Source: Escherichia coli
GTDB lineage: Bacteria; Pseudomonadota; Gammaproteobacteria; Enterobacterales; Enterobacteriaceae
DNA: 64,000 nucleotides
Strand: one strand, 5' to 3'
Assembly: GCF_003991155.1 (NCBI RefSeq)
Contig: NZ_CP031293.1
Shown here: piece by piece, positions 22,145 through 32,089 of the stretch
Layout of the letters: the number at the start of each line of letters is the position of its first letter
Position numbering within the stretch: the first letter of the stretch is position 1
Translations under genes and position numbers: made by a program
Notes under the pieces: model-generated
Told to the model about the DNA's origin: nothing
Databases searched by the model: none
Seen by the model: only the letters and a program-made list of their open reading frames with translations

Positions 22145-24223
22145 TTAAATCAATGCCGATTTATCAATTCCCAGTCGCTTCATCCGTGACAGCAGGGTCG
22201 TGCGTTTCAGCCCCAGACGTTGCGCAGCGCCTTTAGGTCCGGCAACCACGCCGTTAGTTTCTTTCAGCACGCGAACAATCAACTGATATTCATCTTCGCC
22301 CTCCTGAGCGACAACCGTTGCGGCAGGCGGCGTTTCAGGTTCTGGTAAAGCAATATCTGGCAATGACAGCTGCAGCACGTTGCCGCGTGTTAGCAATACC
22401 GCGCGCTCAATGACGTTTTCCAGCTCACGCACGTTGCCCGGCCATTCCATGTTGCTCAGGATGCGCAGCGTCTCGGCAGGAATGCTGTCGATATTGCGCC
22501 CCAGACGACGGGCAATTTTGAAGGTAAAGGCTTTCGCCAGCAGCGGAATATCTTCCGGACGCTCGCGTAGTGGCGGCAGGTGGATCGGGAATACGTTCAG
22601 GCGGTAATAGAGATCGCTACGGAACTCTCGGTCGGCGACCATTTTTTTCAGATCGCGGTTAGTCGCGGCAATTAAACGTACGTCCGTCTGAATGATTTTG
22701 TTGCTGCCAAGACGTTCAAACTCCTGTTCCTGTAATACACGCAGCAACTTCGGCTGTAACTCCAGCGGCATATCGCCCACTTCATCGAGGAATAGTGAGC
22801 TTTTATCCGCCAGTTCAAAACGACCAATGCGCTGAGCGCTGGCACCGGTAAAAGCCCCACGCTCATGACCAAATAGATCGCTTTCCAGCAATCCGGCAGG
22901 CATCGCCGCGCAGTTCATTTTGACCATGCGGCGATTATTACGCCCACTGAGATTATGGATCGCGCGGGCAATCAGCTCTTTACCTGTACCAGTTTCACCG
23001 AGGATCAGCACGGTACTGTCACTTTGCGCCACCATTTCAACTTGTTTAAGTACGCTGTACATGGCTTCGCTGCGGCCAATAATCTCGCCAAATTCACTAT
23101 CAACATTGTTGAGCTGCTCGGTCAGGGCGAGGTTTTCATCAACCAGCCGTTCTTTCAGACGATGAATTTCCTGATAGGCGAGGGCGTTATCGACAGCGAT
23201 TGCCACACGTTCGGCAATCTGGCGCAGTAAGCTCAGATTGGTAGTGGTAAATACTTTCTCTTCGCATTGCGCCAGTTTCAGCACGCCCAGCATGGTGTCG
23301 CCAGACATCAGCGGTAACAGGCACAAGGTTTGAATCTGGTTGCCCCAGGTGTCGAACAACATGCGTTCATAGGGGGCTAAATCGTCCCGCTCGTGGAGAT
23401 TAATCAACAGCATCTCTTTACTTTTGAAGACGCGTTCGGTGAGGGTTCCGGCTTCATCGACTTCGCTCTGTTCGTGGGCGGGATGCTGTTTATCAAGATA
23501 GTGAGTGGAGTAGATGTTGAGTTTGTTTTTACGGTGGCTGCGTAAGACAATGCTGATATCGTCAATGTCGAAATAGTAATGGATTTCTTTGGCGACTTCG
23601 CTGACCAGTTCGTCCATATCCAGGCGGGAAAGCACCGCGTTGGTGATGGCGACCAGGATGCGGAAGTTATCGCGTTCCCGGCATAACAACTCATAGTCGA
23701 CATTGTTAACGACGCGGCTCTGGATTTGTTCGGTGACGACAGAAACGATCTGCGTAAATGTTTGCAGGCGATTGAACTCTTTTTCACTCCACGGGCGATC
23801 GTCATAACGAATAAATTCACAGCCACCAAAAATATGCCCTTCCGCCGCCAGTGGCATCAGGCAATAGTGACCAAATTTGGGGTATAGCCCACCTGCGGCC
23901 AGCTGCGGCCAGGTTTCACAAAATTCTTCGTAACTGCAATGCAGCGTATCAGGGCGCGACAAAATGCTGCGTACCGGACCGTGTGCCAGAACAGTTTCGT
24001 CTTCATATTTAATGGGGGTGTCTTTTTCACGCGACGCGTAATAAGACGCACGTTGAGTCTGCGCTTGCCACAACACAATAGCCGCGTTGTCGGCGAGCGC
24101 AGAACGCTTTACCAGTTGCGAAAGAGCCTCACACAGCGAGGCCAGATCGGGCTGCTGCAATAGTGTCCGAGTGATGTCGAACAACCCTTGTTGTCCGAGA
24201 TCACTCATCGGTGTATATGACAT
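22145..24223 (-). CDS. fhlA: formate hydrogenlyase transcriptional activator (sigma-54 dependent)
   Basis: 692 aa from MSYTPMSDLGQQ; GAF domains plus AAA+ sigma-54 activator motifs ([14 protein letters not shown]) and C-terminal HTH. Confidence 0.95.
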   Translation of the reverse strand: MSYTPMSDLGQQGLFDITRTLLQQPDLASLCEALSQLVKRSALADNAAIVLWQAQTQRASYYASREKDTPIKYEDETVLAHGPVRSILSRPDTLHCSYEEFCETWPQLAAGGLYPKFGHYCLMPLAAEGHIFGGCEFIRYDDRPWSEKEFNRLQTFTQIVSVVTEQIQSRVVNNVDYELLCRERDNFRILVAITNAVLSRLDMDELVSEVAKEIHYYFDIDDISIVLRSHRKNKLNIYSTHYLDKQHPAHEQSEVDEAGTLTERVFKSKEMLLINLHERDDLAPYERMLFDTWGNQIQTLCLLPLMSGDTMLGVLKLAQCEEKVFTTTNLSLLRQIAERVAIAVDNALAYQEIHRLKERLVDENLALTEQLNNVDSEFGEIIGRSEAMYSVLKQVEMVAQSDSTVLILGETGTGKELIARAIHNLSGRNNRRMVKMNCAAMPAGLLESDLFGHERGAFTGASAQRIGRFELADKSSLFLDEVGDMPLELQPKLLRVLQEQEFERLGSNKIIQTDVRLIAATNRDLKKMVADREFRSDLYYRLNVFPIHLPPLRERPEDIPLLAKAFTFKIARRLGRNIDSIPAETLRILSNMEWPGNVRELENVIERAVLLTRGNVLQLSLPDIALPEPETPPAATVVAQEGEDEYQLIVRVLKETNGVVAGPKGAAQRLGLKRTTLLSRMKRLGIDKSALI

Positions 24224-24296
24224 TTTGTTCTTCCAGGAAAGCACCGCAAAGCGGTGCAAAAGGTCATTGACTAACTATAGGAGATTTAGAATTTTA

Positions 24297-25307
24297 TTAG
24301 CATATACGCGGAAGCGGTTCGGCGTGTGGTAAATCGAGGGTTCGTTTCACGCCATACAGACCGGCAAGACGAACACCTTTACGTTCCACCACTTCACCAA
24401 TCAGCGCCGCGTCTTTCCCCAGTGGATGGGAATGTAACGCTGCCAGCACTTGCTCTGCCGCGTTGCGTTCAACGGCGATCACCAGTTTGCCTTCGTTGGC
24501 AAAGTTAAGGGCGTCCAGTCCCAGCAGCTCGCAAACGCCACGCACAGCAGGTTTAACCGGCAGTGCCGCTTCTGAAAGTTCAATACCACAACCGCAGGCT
24601 GCCGCGAACTCATGTACCACCGCGTTTACACCACCACGGGTGGCATCACGCAGCGCTTTCACGCCGGGAATGTCACGCAGCGTCTGAATAAGCGGCGTTA
24701 GTACGGCACAGTCGCTGACCAGTTCGCCATCCAGCCCCAGCTGCTCACGCAGGTTAAGGATAGTCGCCCCGTGGTCGCCGAGTGTACCGCTAACCAGCAA
24801 TACATCGCCTGCGGTTAGCGTCTGTGCGCCCCAGTGAATATTCGCCGGAATTGCGCCCATACCAGCGGTGTTGATAAACAGTTTATCTGCCGCGCCGCGC
24901 TGCACCACTTTAGTGTCGCCAGTAACGATGGCAATGCCTGCCGCGCGGGCGGTTTCTGCCATGCTGGTCACAACGGCTTTCAGCGTCTCCATCGGTAATC
25001 CTTCTTCAAGGATAAAGCCACAGGAGAGATAACGCGGAATAGCGCCACTGACCGCTACGTCGTTCGCGGTGCCGCAAATCGCCAGCTTGCCGATATTGCC
25101 ACCAGGAAAGAACAGCGGGTCGATGACGTAGCTGTCGGTGGTGAACGCCAGACGGTCGCCTTCCGCTACCAGCTGCGCCAGATCAAGACGTGCCTGATCT
25201 TCCTGCTCTGCCAGCCACGGGTTGGCAAAGGCTTCCATAAACAGGCTGTTGATTAATTGCTGCATCGCCTGGCCGCCGCTACCGTGGGCGAGTTGGATAT
25301 TATTCAC
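24297..25307 (-). CDS. hypE: hydrogenase maturation carbamoyl dehydratase HypE
   Basis: 336-aa ORF, PurM-like; C-terminal PRIC. Confidence 0.9.
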   Translation of the reverse strand: MNNIQLAHGSGGQAMQQLINSLFMEAFANPWLAEQEDQARLDLAQLVAEGDRLAFTTDSYVIDPLFFPGGNIGKLAICGTANDVAVSGAIPRYLSCGFILEEGLPMETLKAVVTSMAETARAAGIAIVTGDTKVVQRGAADKLFINTAGMGAIPANIHWGAQTLTAGDVLLVSGTLGDHGATILNLREQLGLDGELVSDCAVLTPLIQTLRDIPGVKALRDATRGGVNAVVHEFAAACGCGIELSEAALPVKPAVRGVCELLGLDALNFANEGKLVIAVERNAAEQVLAALHSHPLGKDAALIGEVVERKGVRLAGLYGVKRTLDLPHAEPLPRIC

Positions 25308-26425
25308 GCTTCACTCTCCTGCTGACGATACTGATACCACGCGGCGCACGCTCCTTCGGAGGAAACCATCAGCGCACCAAACGCGGTTTGAGGATTACAG
25401 GTGTTACCAAACAGCGGGCATTGATGCGGCTTACATTTGCCCGTTAATACTTCTCCACAACATGCGCGCGGGTCATCGCAGACCTGCTGCGGTGCCGGGC
25501 GGAAATGCGCTTCGGCATCGAATCGTTGATAATCCGGCGTCAGGTGTACACCAGAAGATTCAATCACGCCTAAGCCGCGCCATTCGCTGTCGCCGTTGAC
25601 ACAGAACACATCGGCAATCGCCTGTTGCGCCAGCAGGTTACCGGCATCCGGCACCACCCGACGATACTGATTCTCTACCTTGCTGTGGGCCGCTATTTTC
25701 TGCTCCACCAGCATGACCACGCCTTGTAGTAGATCAAGCGGTTCGAATCCAGCAACCACCAGCGGACGATGAAAATCGCTGGCGATAAAATTATAGGCGT
25801 CGGTGCCGATAACCATACTGACGTGGCCGGGCGCGAGGAACGCGTCGATACCGTTATCCGGCTGTTCCAGCAAACTGCGCAGTGTTGGGATGAGCGTAAT
25901 GTGCTGGCAGAAGAAGTAAAAATTCTGCACATCGCGGGCTTTTGCCTGTTGCAGAGTGATGGCGGTGGTCGGCATGGTGGTTTCAAAACCTAAGCCGAAG
26001 AACACCACTTTGCGGGTTGGATTCTCCTGCGCCAGTTTCAACGCATCCATCGGCGAGTAAACGATGCGCACATCGGCACCGCGCGCTTTTGCCTGTAACA
26101 GCGAACCCTGTTTCCCTGGTACGCGCATGGCGTCGCCAAAGGTACAGAAGATGACTTCCGGATGGCTGGCAATCTCCACGCAGGTGTCGATTCTACCCAT
26201 CGGCAGTACACACACCGGGCAACCGGGACCGTGGATAAACTCAACGTTTTCCGGCAGCAACTGGTCGAGGCCGAATTTAAAAATGGCGTGGGTATGACCG
26301 CCACACACTTCCATAATCCGCAGAGGGCGTTCGGCGGTGTAAGAGAGATGTGAAGCTCGTTCGCGCAGATGCTCAATTAACTGCATCACCTGTTCCGGCG
26401 CGCGATATTCATCAACAAAACGCAT
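25304..26425 (-). CDS. hypD: hydrogenase maturation factor HypD
   Basis: 373-aa ORF; Cys motifs CGGHTH, GPGCPVC. Confidence 0.93.
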   Translation of the reverse strand: MRFVDEYRAPEQVMQLIEHLRERASHLSYTAERPLRIMEVCGGHTHAIFKFGLDQLLPENVEFIHGPGCPVCVLPMGRIDTCVEIASHPEVIFCTFGDAMRVPGKQGSLLQAKARGADVRIVYSPMDALKLAQENPTRKVVFFGLGFETTMPTTAITLQQAKARDVQNFYFFCQHITLIPTLRSLLEQPDNGIDAFLAPGHVSMVIGTDAYNFIASDFHRPLVVAGFEPLDLLQGVVMLVEQKIAAHSKVENQYRRVVPDAGNLLAQQAIADVFCVNGDSEWRGLGVIESSGVHLTPDYQRFDAEAHFRPAPQQVCDDPRACCGEVLTGKCKPHQCPLFGNTCNPQTAFGALMVSSEGACAAWYQYRQQESEA

Positions 26426-26697
26426 TATTTTTCCTCGCCATACAACAGCGCACCGACATCCGGCTCAACGTCAAACATGTTTTGTAAGGCGTCGAGAGTG
26501 TCGCGCGCTTCGGCTTCATTAATTACGCTCATGGCAAAGCCAACGTGAACCAGTACCCACTGGCCCACGCGTGGCTGACCGTTTTCATCGCAGCTGCCGA
26601 CTAACGATAAATCGACATCGCGCTGAATGCCGCAGACGTCGACTTTCGCCTGGTTGCCGTCAATGGTGCGGATCTGGCCGGGAACGCCTATGCACAT
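26425..26697 (-). CDS. hypC: hydrogenase maturation chaperone HypC
   Basis: 90-aa ORF starting MCIGVPGQI. Confidence 0.9.
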   Translation of the reverse strand: MCIGVPGQIRTIDGNQAKVDVCGIQRDVDLSLVGSCDENGQPRVGQWVLVHVGFAMSVINEAEARDTLDALQNMFDVEPDVGALLYGEEK

Positions 26698-27560
26698 CGC
26701 TGTGTCTCCAGCCAGTTCAGCCACTGGTCCATCCCTTCGCCGCTGGTGGCGGAAATAAGGATGATTTCAATTTCTGGATTGACTTCGCGGGCGCAGGCGA
26801 TGCACTTCTCAACGTCAAAGTTGAGATACGGCAGCAGGTCAACTTTGTTGAGCAGCATCAGTGAGGCGGCGGCAAACATATGTGGATATTTCAGCGGTTT
26901 GTCTTCACCTTCGGTAACGGAAAGCACCGCCACTTTGTGTTTTTCACCGAGATCGAAGCTCGCCGGACATACGAGGTTGCCAACGTTTTCGATAAACAGA
27001 ATACCGTTATCGTCCAGTGGCAGGCGCGGCGCGGCGTCGGCGATCATCTGTGCGTCAAGATGGCAACCTTTACCGGTATTCACCTGAATCGCTGGCGTGC
27101 CGGTAGCGCGAATGCGCGCGGCATCGTTCACGGTTTGCTGGTCGCCTTCAATCACCGCACACGGAACGCTATCTTTCAGGCGCATTAAGGTTTCCGTCAG
27201 CAGGGTGGTTTTACCGGAACCAGGGCTGGAAACCAGGTTGAGCACCAGTTGCTTGCGGGCAGCAAAGCGCGCGCGGTTGCGTTCAGCCAGACGGTTATTT
27301 TTGTCCAGCACGTCAATTTCGACTTCCAGCATCCGACGCTGGCTCATGCCCGGCGCGTGAGTGCCCGCTTCGCCATGACCGTAATGCAGGTCGCCTTCTT
27401 CAGTCTGGCTGGGGGTAAATTCAGGCGTTTTAATGCCGGTGATTTTCATCTTCGGGCGTGCCGCCGGGGCAAATGGCGCGCTACGAAACGCGGAATGAGG
27501 GTTATGTTCATCACCCTCGATATACAGGTTGCCTTCACCGCAACCGCATGTTGTACACAT
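26688..27560 (-). CDS. hypB: hydrogenase nickel incorporation GTPase HypB
   Basis: 290-aa ORF; His-rich N-terminal region and GTPase motif GSGKTT. Confidence 0.93.
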   Translation of the reverse strand: MCTTCGCGEGNLYIEGDEHNPHSAFRSAPFAPAARPKMKITGIKTPEFTPSQTEEGDLHYGHGEAGTHAPGMSQRRMLEVEIDVLDKNNRLAERNRARFAARKQLVLNLVSSPGSGKTTLLTETLMRLKDSVPCAVIEGDQQTVNDAARIRATGTPAIQVNTGKGCHLDAQMIADAAPRLPLDDNGILFIENVGNLVCPASFDLGEKHKVAVLSVTEGEDKPLKYPHMFAAASLMLLNKVDLLPYLNFDVEKCIACAREVNPEIEIILISATSGEGMDQWLNWLETQRCA

Positions 27561-27563
27561 CGC

Positions 27564-27914
27564 TCACTCCTGGTCTATTTCTATCCGCCGAATCTGTAAA
27601 CCGTCGTCTGCCACAATCTGTAGCATATCACCATGACACTGTGGACAGCGGCGGACGCGCTGGGTCAGTAGCGTCACATACTGTTGGCATGTTTCACACC
27701 AGCATTCGGCCTCTTGTTCTTCGAGGTGCAGTTTACAACCTTCCGCCACGCTGCCGCGGCAAACCAGATCAAAACAAAAGGCAAGAGAGCTGGTTTCGAC
27801 ACAAGAAAATGCGCCAATTTTGAGCCAGACCCCAGTTACGCGTTTTGCGCCGTGTTTTGCGGCCTGCTGTTCGATCAATTCCAGTGCCCGTTGGCAGAGG
27901 GTTATTTCGTGCAT
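27564..27914 (-). CDS. hypA: hydrogenase nickel incorporation protein HypA
   Basis: 116 aa from MHEITLCQ; GGGAGG Shine-Dalgarno; zinc-finger Cys pairs. Confidence 0.9.
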   Translation of the reverse strand: MHEITLCQRALELIEQQAAKHGAKRVTGVWLKIGAFSCVETSSLAFCFDLVCRGSVAEGCKLHLEEQEAECWCETCQQYVTLLTQRVRRCPQCHGDMLQIVADDGLQIRRIEIDQE

Positions 27915-27944
27915 ATCGCCTCCCATTAACTATCGCCAGCTACA

Positions 27945-27960
27945 AGCAATAATTGTGCCA
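27945..27960 (-). promoter_or_regulatory. sigma-54 (-24/-12) promoter for hyp operon
   Basis: Minus-strand reading TGGCAC-aatta-TTGCT, about 30 bp upstream of hypA. Confidence 0.7.
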
Positions 27961-28073
27961 GTGTTGATTATCCCTGCGGTGAATAATGTCGATGATGTCG
28001 AAATGACACGTCGACACGGCGACGAAATTCATCTTTAGCTTAAAAATCTCTTTAATAACAATAAATTAAAAGT

Positions 28074-28089
28074 TGGCACAGAAAATGCT
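28074..28089 (+). promoter_or_regulatory. sigma-54 (-24/-12) promoter for hyc operon
   Basis: TGGCAC-agaaa-ATGCT, about 37 bp upstream of hycA start. Confidence 0.7.
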
Positions 28090-28125
28090 TAAAGCTGGCA
28101 TCTCTGTTAAACGGGTAACCTGACA

Positions 28126-28587
28126 ATGACTATTTGGGAAATAAGCGAGAAAGCCGATTACATCGCACAGCGGCATCGTCGCCTACAGGACCAGTGGCAC
28201 ATCTACTGCAATTCGCTGGTTCAGGGGATCACGTTATCGAAAGCGCGCCTGCATCACGCCATGAGTTGCGCGCCGGACAAAGAACTCTGTTTCGTCCTTT
28301 TTGAACATTTTCGTATTTATGTCACCCTGGCGGATGGCTTTAACAGCCACACCATCGAGTATTACGTCGAAACAAAAGATGGTGAAGACAAACAGCGGAT
28401 TGCGCAGGCGCAACTGAGCATTGACGGCATGATTGATGGCAAGGTCAACATCCGCGATCGCGAACAAGTTCTGGAACACTATCTCGAAAAAATCGCTGGC
28501 GTTTACGACAGCTTATATACCGCCATTGAAAACAATGTGCCGGTGAATTTAAGCCAACTGGTAAAGGGACAAAGCCCGGCAGCATGA
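28126..28587 (+). CDS. hycA: formate hydrogenlyase regulatory protein HycA
   Basis: 153-aa ORF in first position of the hyc operon. Confidence 0.9.
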   Translation: MTIWEISEKADYIAQRHRRLQDQWHIYCNSLVQGITLSKARLHHAMSCAPDKELCFVLFEHFRIYVTLADGFNSHTIEYYVETKDGEDKQRIAQAQLSIDGMIDGKVNIRDREQVLEHYLEKIAGVYDSLYTAIENNVPVNLSQLVKGQSPAA

Positions 28588-28711
28588 GCTGAGGCTTTGC
28601 CCGTTTTGCAGGCGTTACGCCTGTTTGGGGATGGGCGTGTCGATGAGTGTCGAAAATGACATTTCATCGGCATGTTTTCGTCAAAAATGACAATCACCTG
28701 AGGAATGACTG

Positions 28712-29323
28712 GTGAATCGTTTTGTAATTGCTGACTCCACGCTCTGTATCGGCTGTCACACCTGTGAGGCCGCCTGTTCAGAGACGCATCGCCAGCATGG
28801 GCTGCAATCTATGCCGCGCCTGCGAGTGATGTTGAATGAAAAAGAATCTGCGCCACAACTTTGCCACCACTGTGAAGATGCACCCTGCGCAACGGTCTGC
28901 CCGGTTAACGCCATCACCCGCGTTGATGGGGCTGTGCAGCTAAATGAAAGTCTGTGCGTAAGCTGCAAACTGTGCGGCATCGCCTGCCCGTTTGGCGCAA
29001 TTGAATTTTCCGGCAGCCGTCCGCTGGATATTCCGGCAAACGCCAATACTCCGAAAGCGCCACCGGCACCGCCTGCTCCGGCGCGTGTCAGTACGCTGCT
29101 TGACTGGGTGCCAGGTATTCGCGCGATCGCCGTCAAATGTGACCTTTGCAGTTTTGATGAACAAGGTCCGGCCTGCGTGCGGATGTGCCCGACTAAAGCC
29201 CTGCATCTGGTGGATAACACCGATATCGCCCGCGTCAGCAAACGTAAGCGTGAGCTGACTTTTAACACGGACTTTGGCGATCTCACCTTGTTTCAGCAGG
29301 CTCAAAGTGGAGAGGCTAAATGA
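28712..29323 (+). CDS. hycB: formate hydrogenlyase subunit 2 (4Fe-4S ferredoxin-type)
   Basis: 203-aa ORF with multiple CxxCxxCxxxCP motifs. Confidence 0.93.
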   Translation: MNRFVIADSTLCIGCHTCEAACSETHRQHGLQSMPRLRVMLNEKESAPQLCHHCEDAPCATVCPVNAITRVDGAVQLNESLCVSCKLCGIACPFGAIEFSGSRPLDIPANANTPKAPPAPPAPARVSTLLDWVPGIRAIAVKCDLCSFDEQGPACVRMCPTKALHLVDNTDIARVSKRKRELTFNTDFGDLTLFQQAQSGEAK

Positions 29324-31146
29324 GCGCAATTTCCCTGATCAATAGCGGCGTGGCGTGGTTTGTCGCCGCCGCTGTTCTGGCATTTCTCTTTTCTTTTCAA
29401 AAGGCGCTAAGCGGCTGGATAGCCGGAATTGGCGGCGCGGTGGGTAGTCTGTATACGGCAGCCGCGGGCTTCACTGTACTGACTGGCGCGGTTGGCGTGA
29501 GCGGTGCGCTGTCGCTGGTAAGCTACGATGTGCAAATCTCTCCGCTTAACGCGATTTGGCTGATTACGCTCGGTCTGTGCGGTCTGTTTGTCAGCCTCTA
29601 CAACATTGACTGGCATCGCCACGCGCAGGTGAAGTGCAACGGCTTGCAGATCAATATGTTGATGGCTGCCGCCGTCTGCGCCGTCATTGCCAGCAACCTC
29701 GGCATGTTCGTGGTAATGGCCGAAGTCATGGCCTTGTGTGCGGTGTTCCTCACCAGCAACAGCAAAGAGGGCAAACTGTGGTTTGCGCTGGGGCGTCTTG
29801 GCACTCTGCTGCTGGCGATTGCTTGCTGGCTGCTGTGGCAGCGTTACGGCACGCTGGATCTGCGCCTGCTGGATATGCGCATGCAACAGCTGCCGCTTGG
29901 TTCCGATATCTGGCTGCTCGGTGTGATTGGTTTTGGCCTGCTGGCCGGGATTATCCCGCTGCACGGCTGGGTGCCACAGGCTCATGCTAACGCCTCTGCG
30001 CCAGCTGCCGCGCTGTTTTCCACGGTGGTGATGAAAATTGGCCTGCTGGGTATTTTAACTCTGTCACTGCTGGGCGGTAACGCACCGCTGTGGTGGGGGA
30101 TCGCGCTGCTGGTGCTCGGTATGATCACCGCGTTCGTCGGTGGTCTGTATGCGCTGATGGAGCATAATATCCAACGCCTGCTGGCTTACCACACCCTGGA
30201 AAATATCGGCATTATCCTGCTGGGGCTGGGCGCTGGCGTAACGGGTATCGCGCTCGAACAACCGGCGCTGATTGCCCTTGGTCTGGTCGGTGGTCTGTAC
30301 CATCTGCTTAACCATAGCCTGTTCAAGAGCGTACTGTTCCTTGGTGCGGGGAGCGTCTGGTTCCGTACCGGTCATCGCGATATCGAAAAACTCGGTGGTA
30401 TTGGCAAGAAAATGCCGGTTATCTCCATCGCCATGTTAGTCGGGCTGATGGCAATGGCTGCGCTGCCGCCGCTGAACGGTTTTGCCGGGGAATGGGTTAT
30501 CTATCAATCCTTCTTCAAACTGAGCAATAGTGGCGCGTTTGTTGCCCGTCTTCTCGGGCCGCTGCTCGCCGTGGGGCTGGCAATTACCGGTGCGCTGGCG
30601 GTGATGTGTATGGCGAAAGTCTATGGCGTTACTTTCCTCGGCGCGCCGCGTACCAAAGAAGCCGAAAACGCCACCTGTGCGCCGCTCCTGATGAGCGTAA
30701 GCGTAGTGGCACTGGCGATTTGCTGCGTAATTGGCGGTGTTGCTGCGCCGTGGCTGCTGCCGATGCTCTCTGCTGCTGTACCTCTGCCGCTGGAGCCTGC
30801 TAACACCACCGTTTCTCAACCAATGATCACGTTGCTGCTGATTGCCTGCCCGCTGCTGCCATTCATCATTATGGCGATTTGCAAAGGCGATCGTTTGCCG
30901 TCGCGTTTCCGCGGCGCGGCCTGGGTGTGCGGCTACGACCATGAAAAATCAATGGTGATTACTGCTCACGGTTTTGCCATGCCGGTGAAACAGGCGTTTG
31001 CGCCGGTGCTGAAACTGCGCAAATGGCTGAATCCGGTGTCGCTGGTACCGGGCTGGCAGTGCGAGGGGAGTGCGTTGCTGTTCCGCCGGATGGCGCTGGT
31101 TGAACTGGCGGTGCTGGTGGTGATTATTGTTTCACGAGGAGCCTGA
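29320..31146 (+). CDS. hycC: formate hydrogenlyase subunit 3 (membrane, NuoL/M/N-like)
   Basis: 608-aa polytopic membrane ORF. Confidence 0.93.
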   Translation: MSAISLINSGVAWFVAAAVLAFLFSFQKALSGWIAGIGGAVGSLYTAAAGFTVLTGAVGVSGALSLVSYDVQISPLNAIWLITLGLCGLFVSLYNIDWHRHAQVKCNGLQINMLMAAAVCAVIASNLGMFVVMAEVMALCAVFLTSNSKEGKLWFALGRLGTLLLAIACWLLWQRYGTLDLRLLDMRMQQLPLGSDIWLLGVIGFGLLAGIIPLHGWVPQAHANASAPAAALFSTVVMKIGLLGILTLSLLGGNAPLWWGIALLVLGMITAFVGGLYALMEHNIQRLLAYHTLENIGIILLGLGAGVTGIALEQPALIALGLVGGLYHLLNHSLFKSVLFLGAGSVWFRTGHRDIEKLGGIGKKMPVISIAMLVGLMAMAALPPLNGFAGEWVIYQSFFKLSNSGAFVARLLGPLLAVGLAITGALAVMCMAKVYGVTFLGAPRTKEAENATCAPLLMSVSVVALAICCVIGGVAAPWLLPMLSAAVPLPLEPANTTVSQPMITLLLIACPLLPFIIMAICKGDRLPSRFRGAAWVCGYDHEKSMVITAHGFAMPVKQAFAPVLKLRKWLNPVSLVPGWQCEGSALLFRRMALVELAVLVVIIVSRGA

Positions 31147-31148
31147 GA

Positions 31149-32072
31149 ATGAGTGTTTTATATCCGTTAATTCAGGCGCTGGTGCTATTTGCCGTTGCGC
31201 CGCTGCTCTCCGGTATTACCCGCGTAGCGCGCGCCCGTCTGCATAACCGTCGTGGGCCGGGTGTGTTGCAGGAGTATCGCGACATTATCAAACTGCTGGG
31301 GCGTCAGAGCGTTGGCCCGGATGCCTCCGGCTGGGTGTTCCGCCTGACGCCGTATGTGATGGTGGGCGTCATGCTGACTATCGCCACTGCGCTGCCGGTG
31401 GTGACCGTCGGTTCTCCGCTGCCGCAACTGGGCGATTTGATCACCTTACTGTATCTCTTCGCCATCGCGCGTTTCTTCTTTGCCATTTCTGGTCTGGATA
31501 CCGGTAGCCCGTTTACCGCTATCGGCGCGAGCCGTGAAGCGATGCTTGGCGTGTTGGTTGAACCGATGCTGCTGCTTGGTCTGTGGGTCGCCGCACAGGT
31601 TGCCGGTTCCACCAACATCAGCAACATCACCGACACCGTTTATCACTGGCCACTGAGCCAGAGCATCCCGCTGGTGCTGGCGCTTTGTGCCTGTGCGTTC
31701 GCCACTTTTATCGAAATGGGCAAACTGCCGTTCGACCTGGCGGAAGCCGAGCAGGAGTTGCAGGAAGGTCCGCTCTCTGAGTATAGCGGCAGCGGTTTTG
31801 GCGTCATGAAATGGGGCATCAGCCTGAAACAGTTGGTGGTGTTGCAGATGTTCGTCGGGGTGTTTATTCCGTGGGGACAAATGGAAACCTTCACCGTCGG
31901 TGGGCTGCTGCTGGCGCTGGTGATTGCCATCGTCAAACTGGTGGTTGGCGTCCTGGTTATCGCGCTGTTCGAAAACAGCATGGCCCGTCTGCGTCTTGAT
32001 ATTACACCACGCATTACCTGGGCCGGGTTTGGCTTTGCATTTTTAGCGTTCGTCTCCTTGCTGGCGGCGTGA
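31149..32072 (+). CDS. hycD: formate hydrogenlyase subunit 4 (membrane, NuoH-like)
   Basis: 307-aa membrane ORF. Confidence 0.93.
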   Translation: MSVLYPLIQALVLFAVAPLLSGITRVARARLHNRRGPGVLQEYRDIIKLLGRQSVGPDASGWVFRLTPYVMVGVMLTIATALPVVTVGSPLPQLGDLITLLYLFAIARFFFAISGLDTGSPFTAIGASREAMLGVLVEPMLLLGLWVAAQVAGSTNISNITDTVYHWPLSQSIPLVLALCACAFATFIEMGKLPFDLAEAEQELQEGPLSEYSGSGFGVMKWGISLKQLVVLQMFVGVFIPWGQMETFTVGGLLLALVIAIVKLVVGVLVIALFENSMARLRLDITPRITWAGFGFAFLAFVSLLAA

Positions 32073-32089
32073 TTAAAGAGAGTTTGAGC

